Part shown: positions 1-9,524 of the stretch, in pieces
How positions within the stretch are numbered: the stretch's first letter is position 1
Layout: every line of letters begins with the position of its first letter
From: a bacterium
Lineage (GTDB): Bacteria; Patescibacteriota; WWE3; 2-01-FULL-39-13; JAACPI01
Direction of reading: 5' to 3'
Assembly: GCA_009995545.1 (NCBI GenBank)
Contig: JAACPI010000001.1
Span: 2,475-66,474, forward strand
DNA: 64,000 nucleotides
Translations under genes and position numbers: made by a program
The notes under the pieces: model-generated
Told to the model about the DNA's origin: nothing
Seen by the model: the letters and a program-made list of their open reading frames with translations, nothing else
Database searches by the model: none

Positions 1-1410
1 TATCTTTTCATTTGGTATATGCAGCACCCTGGAAAATTCTTTATCCTGGTTAATTACCTCGGCTATTTCGTAATATGCTTTGGGTATGTTCACTTTTGTA
101 AGAGGGCTAACTAATCCCGTGGTTAGTACCCCATAGAAAGGACACAAATACACCAATAAAATAGCTGCGGGTAGGTATTTAAGATAGTTTGCTTTTTTTA
201 CATTGTTTAAACATAGGTACAAGTAGTTTACAAAGTATCCCGCTGATACCGAACCTACTATCGCGATTAGTGGGTGTAATTTGGTATCCCCGAATCTTAA
301 AAGTATCTTTATACTTGGGGATCGGTCTGTAATTAATTGGTAAAGAAAACCTATCGGACTAGACTCCCTTTTTGCCAAAAAGATTAGAGCTATTAAACTT
401 AGGGGTAACCAGTACAAACTCTTCTTTCTATCGATTAGTATTTTTATGGATCCGAGTATGTAGAAAAGGGGGAATATAAGCATCATGTAGTATAAAATCC
501 CCCTATTTTCGTAAACTTTAGCCAGATTGTTTAGGTAGATTTTTTCTCCGGTGTCCATTGCACTAGGGTTACTTTCGTAAAAATTAGAGTACAAGCTAAG
601 TGTTTTATCCCAATTAAAATCTCTAACACTTCTATTTAGTTGAATTTCGTTTACTTCAATAAAAGTTGAAGAATTGGCCACTTTATCTGCAAATCTTAAG
701 GTATAGTCAGTAAAGCTTATTAACCAAAAGGAATTGATTAGAATAAATATTAACAATAGTTTTAACTTTTGTTTTATATTTCTAAAATCCAAAAAAGTTG
801 CTAGTAAAAGCCCCAATATAAGTAAAAAATAAGTTCCTGTTATAAACGAACTCGCCCCCAGTAATGTCAAAATGGTAAAGAACACTAGATCTCTATAGCT
901 GAATTTTTCTGATAACCTTAAAAAGATATAAAGAACACCCGGGAATAACCAAAACCTTGATATTAAAGGCAGTAGGGGAAAGGCGAACACGCTTGTTGTA
1001 TGGGCATTAAATAGGTAGAAAATAGCTGCGGTAAAAACTCCTATCTTAGTATTTTTTTTATTTTTGCCTAGTAACAAAGAGCTTAGCTTGTAGATGAAAA
1101 ACCCTCCTAATATATAGGTGGTGTAAACCCAAACATAATCAAATATTTTGTTCAGGCCACCTAAGTAAAACAAATAGGATAAAAGTTGTCTAAAAATATC
1201 CGACATTTCCGAGTCCGAAGGTGTTCCCAGACCCCTATACTCTCTCCAGGCTGAAAAGGTTCTAAAAAAGTTGATTTTCGGTGCCAGGTTAGTCGAAAAA
1301 TTGTCCCAACCCGCAATTGTGGAACTTACTAAAAAAAACATTATAACCAGAGCAGTGGCTACAACTAGAGCTGTTGTTAAGTATATTATTTTAGTTTTTT
1401 CTTTTGTCAT
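1..1410 (-). CDS. Polytopic integral membrane protein, possibly a GT-C-fold glycosyltransferase or related. The start codon is at 1410 on the complement and the C-terminus runs off the window start.
   Basis: Uninterrupted reverse-frame ORF from ATG (complement of 1408-1410) to the window edge, checked at several points (MTKEKTKIIYLTTALVVATALVIMFFLV...EVINQDKEFSRVLHIPNEKI). More than 10 hydrophobic helices. Divergent from the GT2 gene at 1649. The function call is weak. Confidence 0.45.
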   Translation of the reverse strand, partial: MTKEKTKIIYLTTALVVATALVIMFFLVSSTIAGWDNFSTNLAPKINFFRTFSAWREYRGLGTPSDSEMSDIFRQLLSYLFYLGGLNKIFDYVWVYTTYILGGFFIYKLSSLLLGKNKKNTKIGVFTAAIFYLFNAHTTSVFAFPLLPLISRFWLFPGVLYIFLRLSEKFSYRDLVFFTILTLLGASSFITGTYFLLILGLLLATFLDFRNIKQKLKLLLIFILINSFWLISFTDYTLRFADKVANSSTFIEVNEIQLNRSVRDFNWDKTLSLYSNFYESNPSAMDTGEKIYLNNLAKVYENRGILYYMMLIFPLFYILGSIKILIDRKKSLYWLPLSLIALIFLAKRESSPIGFLYQLITDRSPSIKILLRFGDTKLHPLIAIVGSVSAGYFVNYLYLCLNNVKKANYLKYLPAAILLVYLCPFYGVLTTGLVSPLTKVNIPKAYYEIAEVINQDKEFSRVLHIPNEKI

Positions 1411-1648
1411 TGTTACGGTAACTCCAGTGTTCTTAAATCCCTGAGCAAATGGCTATAGGAATACCCAATTATTACTTGGTTAATCTTAAGACATTATATA
1501 AATTGTATCTGTAAAACCTTTTAAAATCGACAAATAGATAGATAGGTTGTTTTGTATTAGTGGGTAGCTATTATACGGGAGCCTTAAAACCTATAAATAT
1601 AACCCATAGTAATTGACTAAAAGCTTTTATTGTGTTAATATTTATATT

Positions 1649-2452
1649 ATGAAAAAGATATCACTGTCCTTTGTCATTCCTGTTTACAATGAGGAAAAGA
1701 GACTTAAAAAAACATTTAAAGCTCTAAAAGAAGCTAATATACCTTCCGAACTTATAGTGAAGGAAGTTATATTTGTAAATGATGGTAGTAGGGACGACAC
1801 AAAGAAAATAATTGAAAAAAATATTCAGCGTTTGTCCAGTTATACTGGTGCCAAAGTGTCTTTAATTAACGTTACTCTTAATAGAGGTAAGGGACATGCT
1901 GTTAAAGTGGGTATGCTTGAGGCAAAAAGTGACTACACCTTGTTTTTTGATGCAGATATGGCTACACCCCTTAGTGAAATGAATAAGTTTGTTCCCTATT
2001 TTTTGAATAAAACAGAAGTAATAGTGGGAACCCGTAAGAATGGTCACTCTACTGTGGTAGTTCGTCAACCAAGACATCGGGAGATTCTTGGTCAGGGATT
2101 TACCTATTTAACTAAGATACTATTGAATACTTGGGTAACAGATTTTACCTGTGGATTCAAAGCTTTCAGTAAATCTGCAAAGAATAAGATATTTACGCAG
2201 AGCCTTGTTTCTAGGTGGGGATATGACGCTGAAATACTATTTTTAGCTAAGAATCTAAATCTAGAATGTAAAGAGGTTCCTGTTGCATGGAGTGATGACA
2301 GGAATTCCAAAGTTAAGGTTTTAAGAAGTATTTACACTACACTCAAAGACCTTCTTTTTATTAAGAAAAATCAATTGACCGGTGTTTATAAGTTTGGAAA
2401 TTCTTCTAAATACACTGATAAGCTACAGCTTTTACTATCAAGGGTGGTTTAG
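1649..2452 (+). CDS. Family-2 glycosyltransferase (dolichyl/polyprenyl-phosphate sugar synthase-like)
   Basis: MKKISLSFVIPVYNEE...FVNDGSRDDT...FFDADM: classic GT2 DxD/DAD motifs. The ORF track offers an upstream ATG at 1613, but the MKK start at 1649 fits GT2 N-termini better. Confidence 0.7.
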   Translation: MKKISLSFVIPVYNEEKRLKKTFKALKEANIPSELIVKEVIFVNDGSRDDTKKIIEKNIQRLSSYTGAKVSLINVTLNRGKGHAVKVGMLEAKSDYTLFFDADMATPLSEMNKFVPYFLNKTEVIVGTRKNGHSTVVVRQPRHREILGQGFTYLTKILLNTWVTDFTCGFKAFSKSAKNKIFTQSLVSRWGYDAEILFLAKNLNLECKEVPVAWSDDRNSKVKVLRSIYTTLKDLLFIKKNQLTGVYKFGNSSKYTDKLQLLLSRVV

Positions 2453-2590
2453 TGTAGGTTTGTTTTTAACGTAAAGTATTTCTAGCTGGAAAAGGTATTT
2501 TGGGTCTAGTATTAGTACGCAAAAATACCCCAGAGCTACCTTCCTTTCACTTGACTGTTCTGCTTTATATATCCTACAGTAACAAACATT

Positions 2591-3025
2591 ATGCTTAATA
2601 AACTGACTAGGCACGCACTAACTTTCTATAGAAACCACTTACCCAACGAAGAGAGGGACAAATTTGATATTTTGTATTGTATGTCTATAGCAGGGGATTA
2701 TTTAAGCAAAATAGATTTAGACTACTATAGTCCCTCTGCAGTAAAAGTGATTAAGCTTAGGGCAGCCTTGGAGGTGCTTTCATTTGCAGCGGTGGGAGAT
2801 TATGGCGATTTGGTTTTAGACGAAGTCTTTGGAAATTGCGCAGCCATTATGTTTAGTAACTTGCCTGATAATGTAGTTGCACTAAGTATTTGGGACAGTA
2901 TTTACTTACGAGGTACTTGTGATGATTTTAGCCCCGAAGACGACCCTGTTTGGACTTTACATGGTGTAGCAGAGTATCTAGAAAGAGTTGCTCCTGTTGT
3001 GAACGCAGGCTTCGTCTTAGAGTAG
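2591..3025 (+). CDS. Hypothetical protein (144 aa), GC-elevated
   Basis: ORF with no recognisable motif. Sits in the GC-shifted island and is convergent with the 862-aa gene. Confidence 0.35.
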   Translation: MLNKLTRHALTFYRNHLPNEERDKFDILYCMSIAGDYLSKIDLDYYSPSAVKVIKLRAALEVLSFAAVGDYGDLVLDEVFGNCAAIMFSNLPDNVVALSIWDSIYLRGTCDDFSPEDDPVWTLHGVAEYLERVAPVVNAGFVLE

Positions 3026-3087
3026 TGCCTACAAATGTTGTATTAGTTAAATAGTCACCTTCTTCTAAAGCCCAAGCAAGTACTTAC

Positions 3088-5676
3088 TTAAGGTGCTTGT
3101 TCCTGTTGATCCTTTATTGCTTTGTACGAATTATATAAGTAATAGTAAACGTATTCTGCTCTTTTATCTGCTACATTTCTAATTCCTTTAAGTATATTAA
3201 TAAAATCATCCCTAAAATTACTATCACTGCCTTGTGGGTATTCTTTATTGGCTAGTTCGCTTAGTTGGTCTTTTTTTGCCTCTATGGCTTTATATATTTT
3301 TTCTGTTTGAGCGTTTCGACCCAGCCTTGGGTATAAAAGCTCCGCAATGGTTCTTGGATCTAAAATGACGTTAACACCGTCTCCAAAGTTAATAGTAAAG
3401 TGCTCCATTCTTTTTTCTGCTAGTTTTGCTACTGTAGCTTCGCCGTTTCTTATTGTACTTCCAATTTTAAAACTTTCTGTTGGTTCTTGTTTTTTTACAG
3501 TGTAAAAATACTTAGTTTTAAATACAGGTTTTCCCTCTGCATCTTTTTCTTGTTTACCATTTCTGTCCAAGGATGGTACTAAAAATGCGCCCTCGAAGGG
3601 TAAGTCTTCCTCTTTTAAAATTAGGTCTGGTAATTGTAGGTTTTCAGGTGCCTCCTCACCTCCACCCTCCTCATTCTCATTAAGTACTCTCCAGTCTCCA
3701 TCTACAGGCTCTTCTTCTTGAGGTCTATTTACCTCAGGTGCTGGTCTTTGGGGTCTAATAGGAGGTACTGGTGGTGCAGGTGGGATATCTGGTTCTTCAT
3801 TGTTCCGTGGTCGTTCTGGAGCCCGCTGTGGCCTAAAATTTGCGGGTCCCTCGTATTTATCGCCAAATACAACCAACCCTTCATTTACAGTTGACCATAC
3901 TTCCGCCGCACTTACATAGGCAACAGAAAGCTGTACACCTGCATTTATCGCTTTAGCTATTGTAACTGCTTTATCTAAGTCTTTAAGTTGGCTAATCGCC
4001 TCTGTTTGTAAGTTATTTAAACCCTGAATTAAACCAACACCCCGGTTAAATAAATTTAGTCGTTCTTGATCTATATCTATGCTTTCAATTGGAGGGACAG
4101 GTGTATTTGTTAATAATCCATCCCAAATACCTCTCCAGGCAGAATGCAGGTTGCCTTTAGAGGCCTCTATTCCTTGTTTAAGGCTGTTTAAGGCATTTGC
4201 ATCGGTATTAACTTTATCTAGCCAATTACTCACGCTTTCGTACCCAAAACCGTGTACTCCACCTATCGTTACGCCGTTTAGATCATATGGGGCCCTGGTC
4301 ATAATTGCCTCTAGTAACTGGTCGTTACTAACTCCCAGGCTCTGTGCAGTCTCAGTGACTTGGGTTAGGACATGTGGGTTAGCCTGTAATTCTGTGTAGA
4401 TCTGTTTTATAGAATCAAATCGTAAAAGTCTCTCTTGCCCCCCGGCTGCCAGGTAAGCATCCACGTTGTTACCAAAACCGGCGCTATCGGCCGCTTTAAT
4501 TAGTTGGTGTTTTGCATAATCGTTAATTTCAACCCCACTTAATGAAAAAGAATCGCCTGTATGGGTTGGGGCCACATGCTTACTAAAAAATTCTTCGGCA
4601 TCTCCCTTCCACTGGTCTATCTGATGATTAAAATTGTCTGCTAAATCTGAAAAATGAGCGTCCTTAGATTCAAAAGCATTCTTGGCGTGTTCTGCAATTT
4701 CGGAGGCATTATCTAGGGCGGTTACAAATAAAAAGGATTTAGCGGCCCTAGAAATAGCTGAACCTATAACGTAATTTCGCTTTAACTTTTTAACTGCCCT
4801 TGCAACTTCTAACCTGCTTCTGTTAAAGGCTATTTTAACCTCTTCTGCCTTGCCCTCTTGTGCCATAGCAAAAGTTACTACACTAAGTGCATCTCTTCTT
4901 TTAGCAATCACATCATCATCTATGCTTTCGCTAAAGCCTGTAAGTGTGGCCTGAGTCATTAAATTTTGTAGTAATTTTTGTACTTGCGGCGTTTTTTCGG
5001 GTTGGTTTTGTAGTATTTGGGTGATGTCGGCAAATAGGTCTTTGTCAAAAAGCTCTATACCTAAATCTTTTACGTCAGTTCTAATCTCTTTATTTCTAGC
5101 TTTTGCTTTAAATGATTTTCGGGTAGCAATGCTTTCGGGCAGACTTAAAAAATCTGAGACAACTCGCCAGGCAGCTTTTAATACTTTTTTCTCGCCTAGG
5201 GCCTTTTCTATTTCTCTTGTTCTGCCTGAAACTTTTCTTTGGTAAAACTCCTGGGCACCTGCACCCCTTTGATCCACTTTTCTTACTTCCATTGCCCCAG
5301 AAACTGTTCCAGTTATAGCACCAACTATACCTGCAAGTGGGGGACCGCCCACCGTTCCAAATATAAGTTCTACTCCTGATCTGGCTGCTATTCCTGCAGC
5401 CACTGGTAAAGCAATTTCAGCAACTTTACCTGCTATCCTTGCTGCCTTGTTGCCTGGATGGGCCCTTTGTTCATAGTTGTCTGTGACATTTTCTGCATTA
5501 ACTAAATCAAAAAGGCTTTGAAGTGACTCACTGGCATCTTGAGGTATGCGGTAATTTCTTTTTACAACTTCGTGGATCGAGTCGGGGGCGGTCGGGGAGT
5601 AGCTTCCTTTGTGATCTGGTCCCTCGGTTGCGCTATCACGTAAGTTTTGAGCAATAAACCTTACTACTTCTGACAT
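3088..5676 (-). CDS. Large hypothetical protein (862 aa) with a glycine-zipper hydrophobic segment near the N-terminus and a Pro-rich hinge (PPAPPVPPIRPQRPAPE) before a roughly 200-aa C-terminal domain
   Basis: Long ORF of about 45-50% GC against a roughly 33% background. Its ATG overlaps the stop of the upstream 157-aa ORF (TAAATG). No catalytic motif recognised. Confidence 0.55.
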   Translation of the reverse strand: MSEVVRFIAQNLRDSATEGPDHKGSYSPTAPDSIHEVVKRNYRIPQDASESLQSLFDLVNAENVTDNYEQRAHPGNKAARIAGKVAEIALPVAAGIAARSGVELIFGTVGGPPLAGIVGAITGTVSGAMEVRKVDQRGAGAQEFYQRKVSGRTREIEKALGEKKVLKAAWRVVSDFLSLPESIATRKSFKAKARNKEIRTDVKDLGIELFDKDLFADITQILQNQPEKTPQVQKLLQNLMTQATLTGFSESIDDDVIAKRRDALSVVTFAMAQEGKAEEVKIAFNRSRLEVARAVKKLKRNYVIGSAISRAAKSFLFVTALDNASEIAEHAKNAFESKDAHFSDLADNFNHQIDQWKGDAEEFFSKHVAPTHTGDSFSLSGVEINDYAKHQLIKAADSAGFGNNVDAYLAAGGQERLLRFDSIKQIYTELQANPHVLTQVTETAQSLGVSNDQLLEAIMTRAPYDLNGVTIGGVHGFGYESVSNWLDKVNTDANALNSLKQGIEASKGNLHSAWRGIWDGLLTNTPVPPIESIDIDQERLNLFNRGVGLIQGLNNLQTEAISQLKDLDKAVTIAKAINAGVQLSVAYVSAAEVWSTVNEGLVVFGDKYEGPANFRPQRAPERPRNNEEPDIPPAPPVPPIRPQRPAPEVNRPQEEEPVDGDWRVLNENEEGGGEEAPENLQLPDLILKEEDLPFEGAFLVPSLDRNGKQEKDAEGKPVFKTKYFYTVKKQEPTESFKIGSTIRNGEATVAKLAEKRMEHFTINFGDGVNVILDPRTIAELLYPRLGRNAQTEKIYKAIEAKKDQLSELANKEYPQGSDSNFRDDFINILKGIRNVADKRAEYVYYYLYNSYKAIKDQQEQAP

Positions 5677-6150
5677 TTAGTTACTAAAATTTAACTTAGA
5701 CCTAAGCATCTGGTACTGATCTAGGGTTTTTTGGTCGTCCTCGCCTAAAGCGTCTACATCAATTAAAGATAAGAGCTTTGTACATATTTCTCTAACTTTT
5801 TGTTTTGTTTCTGGGGTTTTAATTTTAGTATCAGCAAAGTTTAAGAAATCGTTAATTTGGGTTTTAAGTGCGAGTATTTTAATTTTATTCACCTCTTTTA
5901 CTGTAATATCCGTAAAACCCGGCACTAGTTGAACTATTTTGTTCTGTACTTCCAGTGGGTCTTTGAGTGTGCTTAGACTATCCATTTGTTCCTTTGTAAT
6001 AAGGTTCATTTCTTGACAAATTACAAGGGCATTTTTAAAGGCTAAACGTGCTGCTTGAAGGTTAAAGATGTCTTGTTCTTCTCTAGATAAACCATCTAAT
6101 CCAAGAATACTTAATAAAGAATATTGAGCTATGAGGGCAGTAAAACTCAT
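5677..6150 (-). CDS. Small predicted all-helical protein (157 aa), translationally coupled partner of the 862-aa protein
   Basis: Its stop codon abuts the start codon of the downstream gene. No TM segment or known motif. Confidence 0.5.
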   Translation of the reverse strand: MSFTALIAQYSLLSILGLDGLSREEQDIFNLQAARLAFKNALVICQEMNLITKEQMDSLSTLKDPLEVQNKIVQLVPGFTDITVKEVNKIKILALKTQINDFLNFADTKIKTPETKQKVREICTKLLSLIDVDALGEDDQKTLDQYQMLRSKLNFSN

Positions 6151-6398
6151 TAGTTAAATTTTATCCTAAACTGGCTAATTGTCGACTGATTTAGGCATTA
6201 GAAATTCTAAATGCTGATCATTATATGGCTAGATGATCGGTCTAGATCTCACTTATTTCAGCTTAATCCTTTTGTTAGGCTTATATTTATAGTACTTATC
6301 ACTTGACAAAATACCCTATAATATGTATGATAGTGTTAATAATAAGATTTTTTCTTTGATATATAGGTTCTGCCTATGTTTAAAAGGATACAAAAACT

Positions 6399-7088
6399 AT
6401 GAAAAATTTGATTTTAACCAGTTTAATAGCGTTAGGATTTCTTGTAACAACTAGTGCTGTAAGTGCTAGACAGGTTTGTTTTACCCAATATGGCGGTGGA
6501 GAAACTTGTGTAAATGTTGAAGACAACTCTGATCTTGATGTTGAAAAATTAGTATCTAAAGAAGATATTTCTGACAGTTACAAAGATCACTTAAAGTCTA
6601 GTGAGCATATGTTTAATGCTGAAGATTACGTTTACTTTAGAATTAAAGTTAAAAACAAAGGTGACGTTGATTTAAAAGACGTTAAAGTAAAAGATGTTTT
6701 ACCTAACTTTGTTAAATACGACAAAACTTTAACTGATCAAGATTCTGATGTTAATGGTAACGAGGTTACTTACAATATTGGTTCGTTAAATGTTGGAAAC
6801 GATGTAGTAATAAAAGTTAGAACTAAAGTAGTAGAAGAGGCTGATCTACCAGCTGATGACAAAGTTTGTATAACAAACGTTGCGGAGGCTAAGGGTTATA
6901 GAAAAGACAATAATAAAAAGGAAAGCGATAGTGGCTATGCAAACTTCTGTATAGATCTACCCGCTGTACTTGGAACCCCTACTCAGTTACCTAAAGCAGG
7001 TCCAGAAAGCACTTTAGCTTTAATAGGAGCTTTAGTACTAAGTACCGGGGTAATTTACAACCGTAAAGTTGTAAAGTCAGTTAAATAA
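6399..7088 (+). CDS. Secreted cell-surface protein with an LPKAG sorting signal (likely sortase substrate)
   Basis: N-terminal signal peptide (MKNLILTSLIALGFLVTTSAVSA). The C-terminus is LPKAGPESTLALIGALVLSTGVIYNRKVVKSVK: motif, hydrophobic stretch, then basic tail. Confidence 0.6.
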   Translation: MKNLILTSLIALGFLVTTSAVSARQVCFTQYGGGETCVNVEDNSDLDVEKLVSKEDISDSYKDHLKSSEHMFNAEDYVYFRIKVKNKGDVDLKDVKVKDVLPNFVKYDKTLTDQDSDVNGNEVTYNIGSLNVGNDVVIKVRTKVVEEADLPADDKVCITNVAEAKGYRKDNNKKESDSGYANFCIDLPAVLGTPTQLPKAGPESTLALIGALVLSTGVIYNRKVVKSVK

Positions 7089-7156
7089 ATTTACCAGGCC
7101 GGACTAAATCCGGCCTTTAAATTCGCTACAAATTAGCGAAAATTTAATCATACACA

Positions 7157-7888
7157 ATGAAAGACAGAATAATATTTATAATCTCATTAATAATAGTTAT
7201 CCTTGGTATTTCTTATCTAGGTTACACCGCTTACAAATTTTTTAATCGTAAGGGTAATAATACTAATAACAATCAAAACAATAATAATATTATTGTAGAA
7301 AAAAAGGATATATTTAACGTTAAGGGAAGTACAAATAAAGACATTATTGGTGAAGATTTAAATAAAGGAGATCAGGTTAGTTTAAAAATTGAACTAGAAA
7401 ATTCCACAGACGAAAGAGCTGAATACAGCTACGAAGGAAGAATATATAAAGTAGAAGGTCTATACACCTTTCCTAATGTGGATTCACAGATTCCTATAAA
7501 TGTTTTTGCTTTACCTGTTACTTTAGACAAAAAAAGTGCTAATGAGTACGTTTACCCTTACACTGTCGAGGATTGTGGTGACTACTTTATAGCCATTGCT
7601 AGCAGTGATTACTGGAAACAGGGAAAAGGTAATATGGCCTATGGTTATTTTAATGCAACTTGTAATGAATCAAATGCTGTTAATTCAGGTCTAACAAGTT
7701 CAGACAATAATAGGGTTAAAAGCCCTCTGGCTGATAAAGTTTTGGGTGCAACCACAAAAGGTGGACAAACCGTAAGTGAATTACCTAAAGCAGGTCCAGC
7801 AGAGACTTTTAGCTTAATTGGTGCGGTACTACTTGGATTAGGTTTAATATATAATCTAAGGATTAATAAAACCGGATCTAGGATCTAG
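7157..7888 (+). CDS. Secreted or membrane protein with an LPKAG sorting signal (paralogous C-terminus to 6399-7088)
   Basis: N-terminal TM/signal segment and Asn-rich linker. The C-terminus is ELPKAGPAETFSLIGAVLLGLGLIYNLRINKTGSRI. Confidence 0.6.
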   Translation: MKDRIIFIISLIIVILGISYLGYTAYKFFNRKGNNTNNNQNNNNIIVEKKDIFNVKGSTNKDIIGEDLNKGDQVSLKIELENSTDERAEYSYEGRIYKVEGLYTFPNVDSQIPINVFALPVTLDKKSANEYVYPYTVEDCGDYFIAIASSDYWKQGKGNMAYGYFNATCNESNAVNSGLTSSDNNRVKSPLADKVLGATTKGGQTVSELPKAGPAETFSLIGAVLLGLGLIYNLRINKTGSRI

Positions 7889-8102
7889 TATTATACTTTG
7901 TCTGAGGTACTAAACCCCTGTATTAAGGTTAAATTCGTCAATTTTTAACTTTAAAGCTTGTTTTGTTACACGTAGGTATGCTATAGTGTTCACGTACTAC
8001 ACTTAGTGCAGTTTTTCACCAAATCCCTAATATCGATTTACTCTTAAAATAAAATTTATAATAAATTACATTCGCTAGTTTTTTCTGGCGCTAAATTTCA
8101 AA

Positions 8103-9371
8103 ATGGAAAATAATACACCTACTAGAAGAGTTACCAGAACCAGCTCTAGTTCTAGATCTAGATCTACAACCCCTTCTAGACCCCCCAGAAGTAATAACGA
8201 TAATAACAATAGACAAAATATTGACGAGCAGTTTGTTTCTAATCCTGATTTTCAAGACACTATAGCGGTTGAAGGCCATTTAGAGTTTATGCAAGAGTAC
8301 GGTATTTTAAGGCAAATAATTCCTGCTTTGGATCCAGACGTACCTCACGATGTTTATGTTAGTCAAAGCCAAATTAAAAAACTAGGGCTTAGAAAAGGCG
8401 ACTTATTAAAAGGTTTAGCCCGAAAACCTAAAGAAGGTGAGAGATACCTTTCTTTATTAAAGGTAGAGACGGTTCAGGGAATGGATCCTGTTCTTGCTCA
8501 AAAAAGACCTCAATTTGCAAGACTTACGCCTATTTTTCCTACAGAAAGAATACTTTTAGAAACCGAACCTGCCGTTTTAAGTACCCGGTTAATCGACCTA
8601 GTGGCTCCTGTAGGAAAAGGCCAAAGAGGTATGATTGTTGCACCTCCAAAGGCTGGTAAAACATGGCTTTTACAGGAAATAGCCTCGGGTGTTACTAAAA
8701 ATTTCCCTTCAGCTCACCTTATGGTAGTGCTAATAGGGGAGAGGCCCGAAGAAGTTACCGATATGCAAAGAAAAGTTACCGGAGAAGTTGTTGCCAGTAA
8801 TTTTGATCAACACGCGGAAGACCAAACCAGAGTTGCCGAATTAGCTTTAGAAAGAGCTAAAAGAAGAGCCGAAACGGGTGAGGACGTCGTTATTTTATTA
8901 GACTCTATTACGAGATTAGCAAGGGCCTACAACTTAGTTGTTCCACCAAGTGGGCGAACCTTAAGTGGTGGTTTAGACCCAGTATCTCTGTATCCCCCAA
9001 AGCATTTCTTTGGTGCTGCCCGAAATTTTGAAGAGGGTGGTTCCTTAACTATCTTAGGTACTGCACTTGTTGATACAGGTTCCAAAATGGATGATGTTAT
9101 TTACGAGGAGTTTAAAGGTACTGGTAATATGGAACTTCACTTAGACAGAGCTTTAAGTGAAAGAAGAATTTACCCCGCAATAGACATTAAACGTTCTGGT
9201 ACTAGACACGAAGAGTTACTGTTTAGTAAAGAAGATTTAGAAAAGATATTTACCTTTAGAAGAATGATTGACCTTTTAGGTGCCGACGAGGCTACCCAAT
9301 TGGTAATTGATAGACTTAAAAAAGGTAAAACCAATTTAGAGTTTCTTTCTGCCCTGCAAAACGGCGGGTAG
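8103..9371 (+). CDS. rho: Transcription termination factor Rho with a low-complexity Ser/Arg/Asn-rich N-terminal extension
   Basis: GQRGMIVAPPKAGKT Walker A and RecA-like core. The C-terminus (RIYPAIDIKRSGTRHEELL) is typical of Rho. Confidence 0.85.
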   Translation: MENNTPTRRVTRTSSSSRSRSTTPSRPPRSNNDNNNRQNIDEQFVSNPDFQDTIAVEGHLEFMQEYGILRQIIPALDPDVPHDVYVSQSQIKKLGLRKGDLLKGLARKPKEGERYLSLLKVETVQGMDPVLAQKRPQFARLTPIFPTERILLETEPAVLSTRLIDLVAPVGKGQRGMIVAPPKAGKTWLLQEIASGVTKNFPSAHLMVVLIGERPEEVTDMQRKVTGEVVASNFDQHAEDQTRVAELALERAKRRAETGEDVVILLDSITRLARAYNLVVPPSGRTLSGGLDPVSLYPPKHFFGAARNFEEGGSLTILGTALVDTGSKMDDVIYEEFKGTGNMELHLDRALSERRIYPAIDIKRSGTRHEELLFSKEDLEKIFTFRRMIDLLGADEATQLVIDRLKKGKTNLEFLSALQNGG

Positions 9372-9524
9372 AAGGATAACTCATAATTTTTCTTTATCTG
9401 TAAAAAAATGAGATAATAGAGAAATGTATTGTGGAGTGTCCTTAAAACCTAGGTATACCGTGGTTCAAGTTTTATACCCAATCCATATCTTATTATTTAA
9501 GGTTTTGCTTAAATTCTTCTAAAT

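Noticed and set aside
1862-2310. Antisense ORFs 1862-2077 and 2104-2310 inside the GT2 gene, and similar short overlapping ORFs elsewhere (4079-4399, 5021-5245, 8091-8279, 9793-9981, 10327-10625, 12058-12291, 13614-13973, 14621-15286, 16302-17707, 21317-21653, 22739-23305, 25214-26109, 29721-30101, 31117-31434, 32131-32373, 35901-36251, 39772-40029, 42077-42364, 43051-43353, 44014-44196, 46123-46650, 49064-49255, 51433-51627, 53244-53435, 53542-53876, 56516-56761, 58136-58568, 59013-59210, 60082-60273, 61517-61949)
   Set aside because: Each lies entirely within, or antisense to, a longer ORF with clear homology or a coherent domain structure. Compositions are low-complexity. Treated as frame shadows.
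3088-6150. The 157-aa plus 862-aa pair as an LXG/WXG100-type (T7SS) toxin module
   Set aside because: No WXG motif, no LXG domain signature and no T7SS components in the window. Only the generic small-helical-partner plus large-protein layout is shared.
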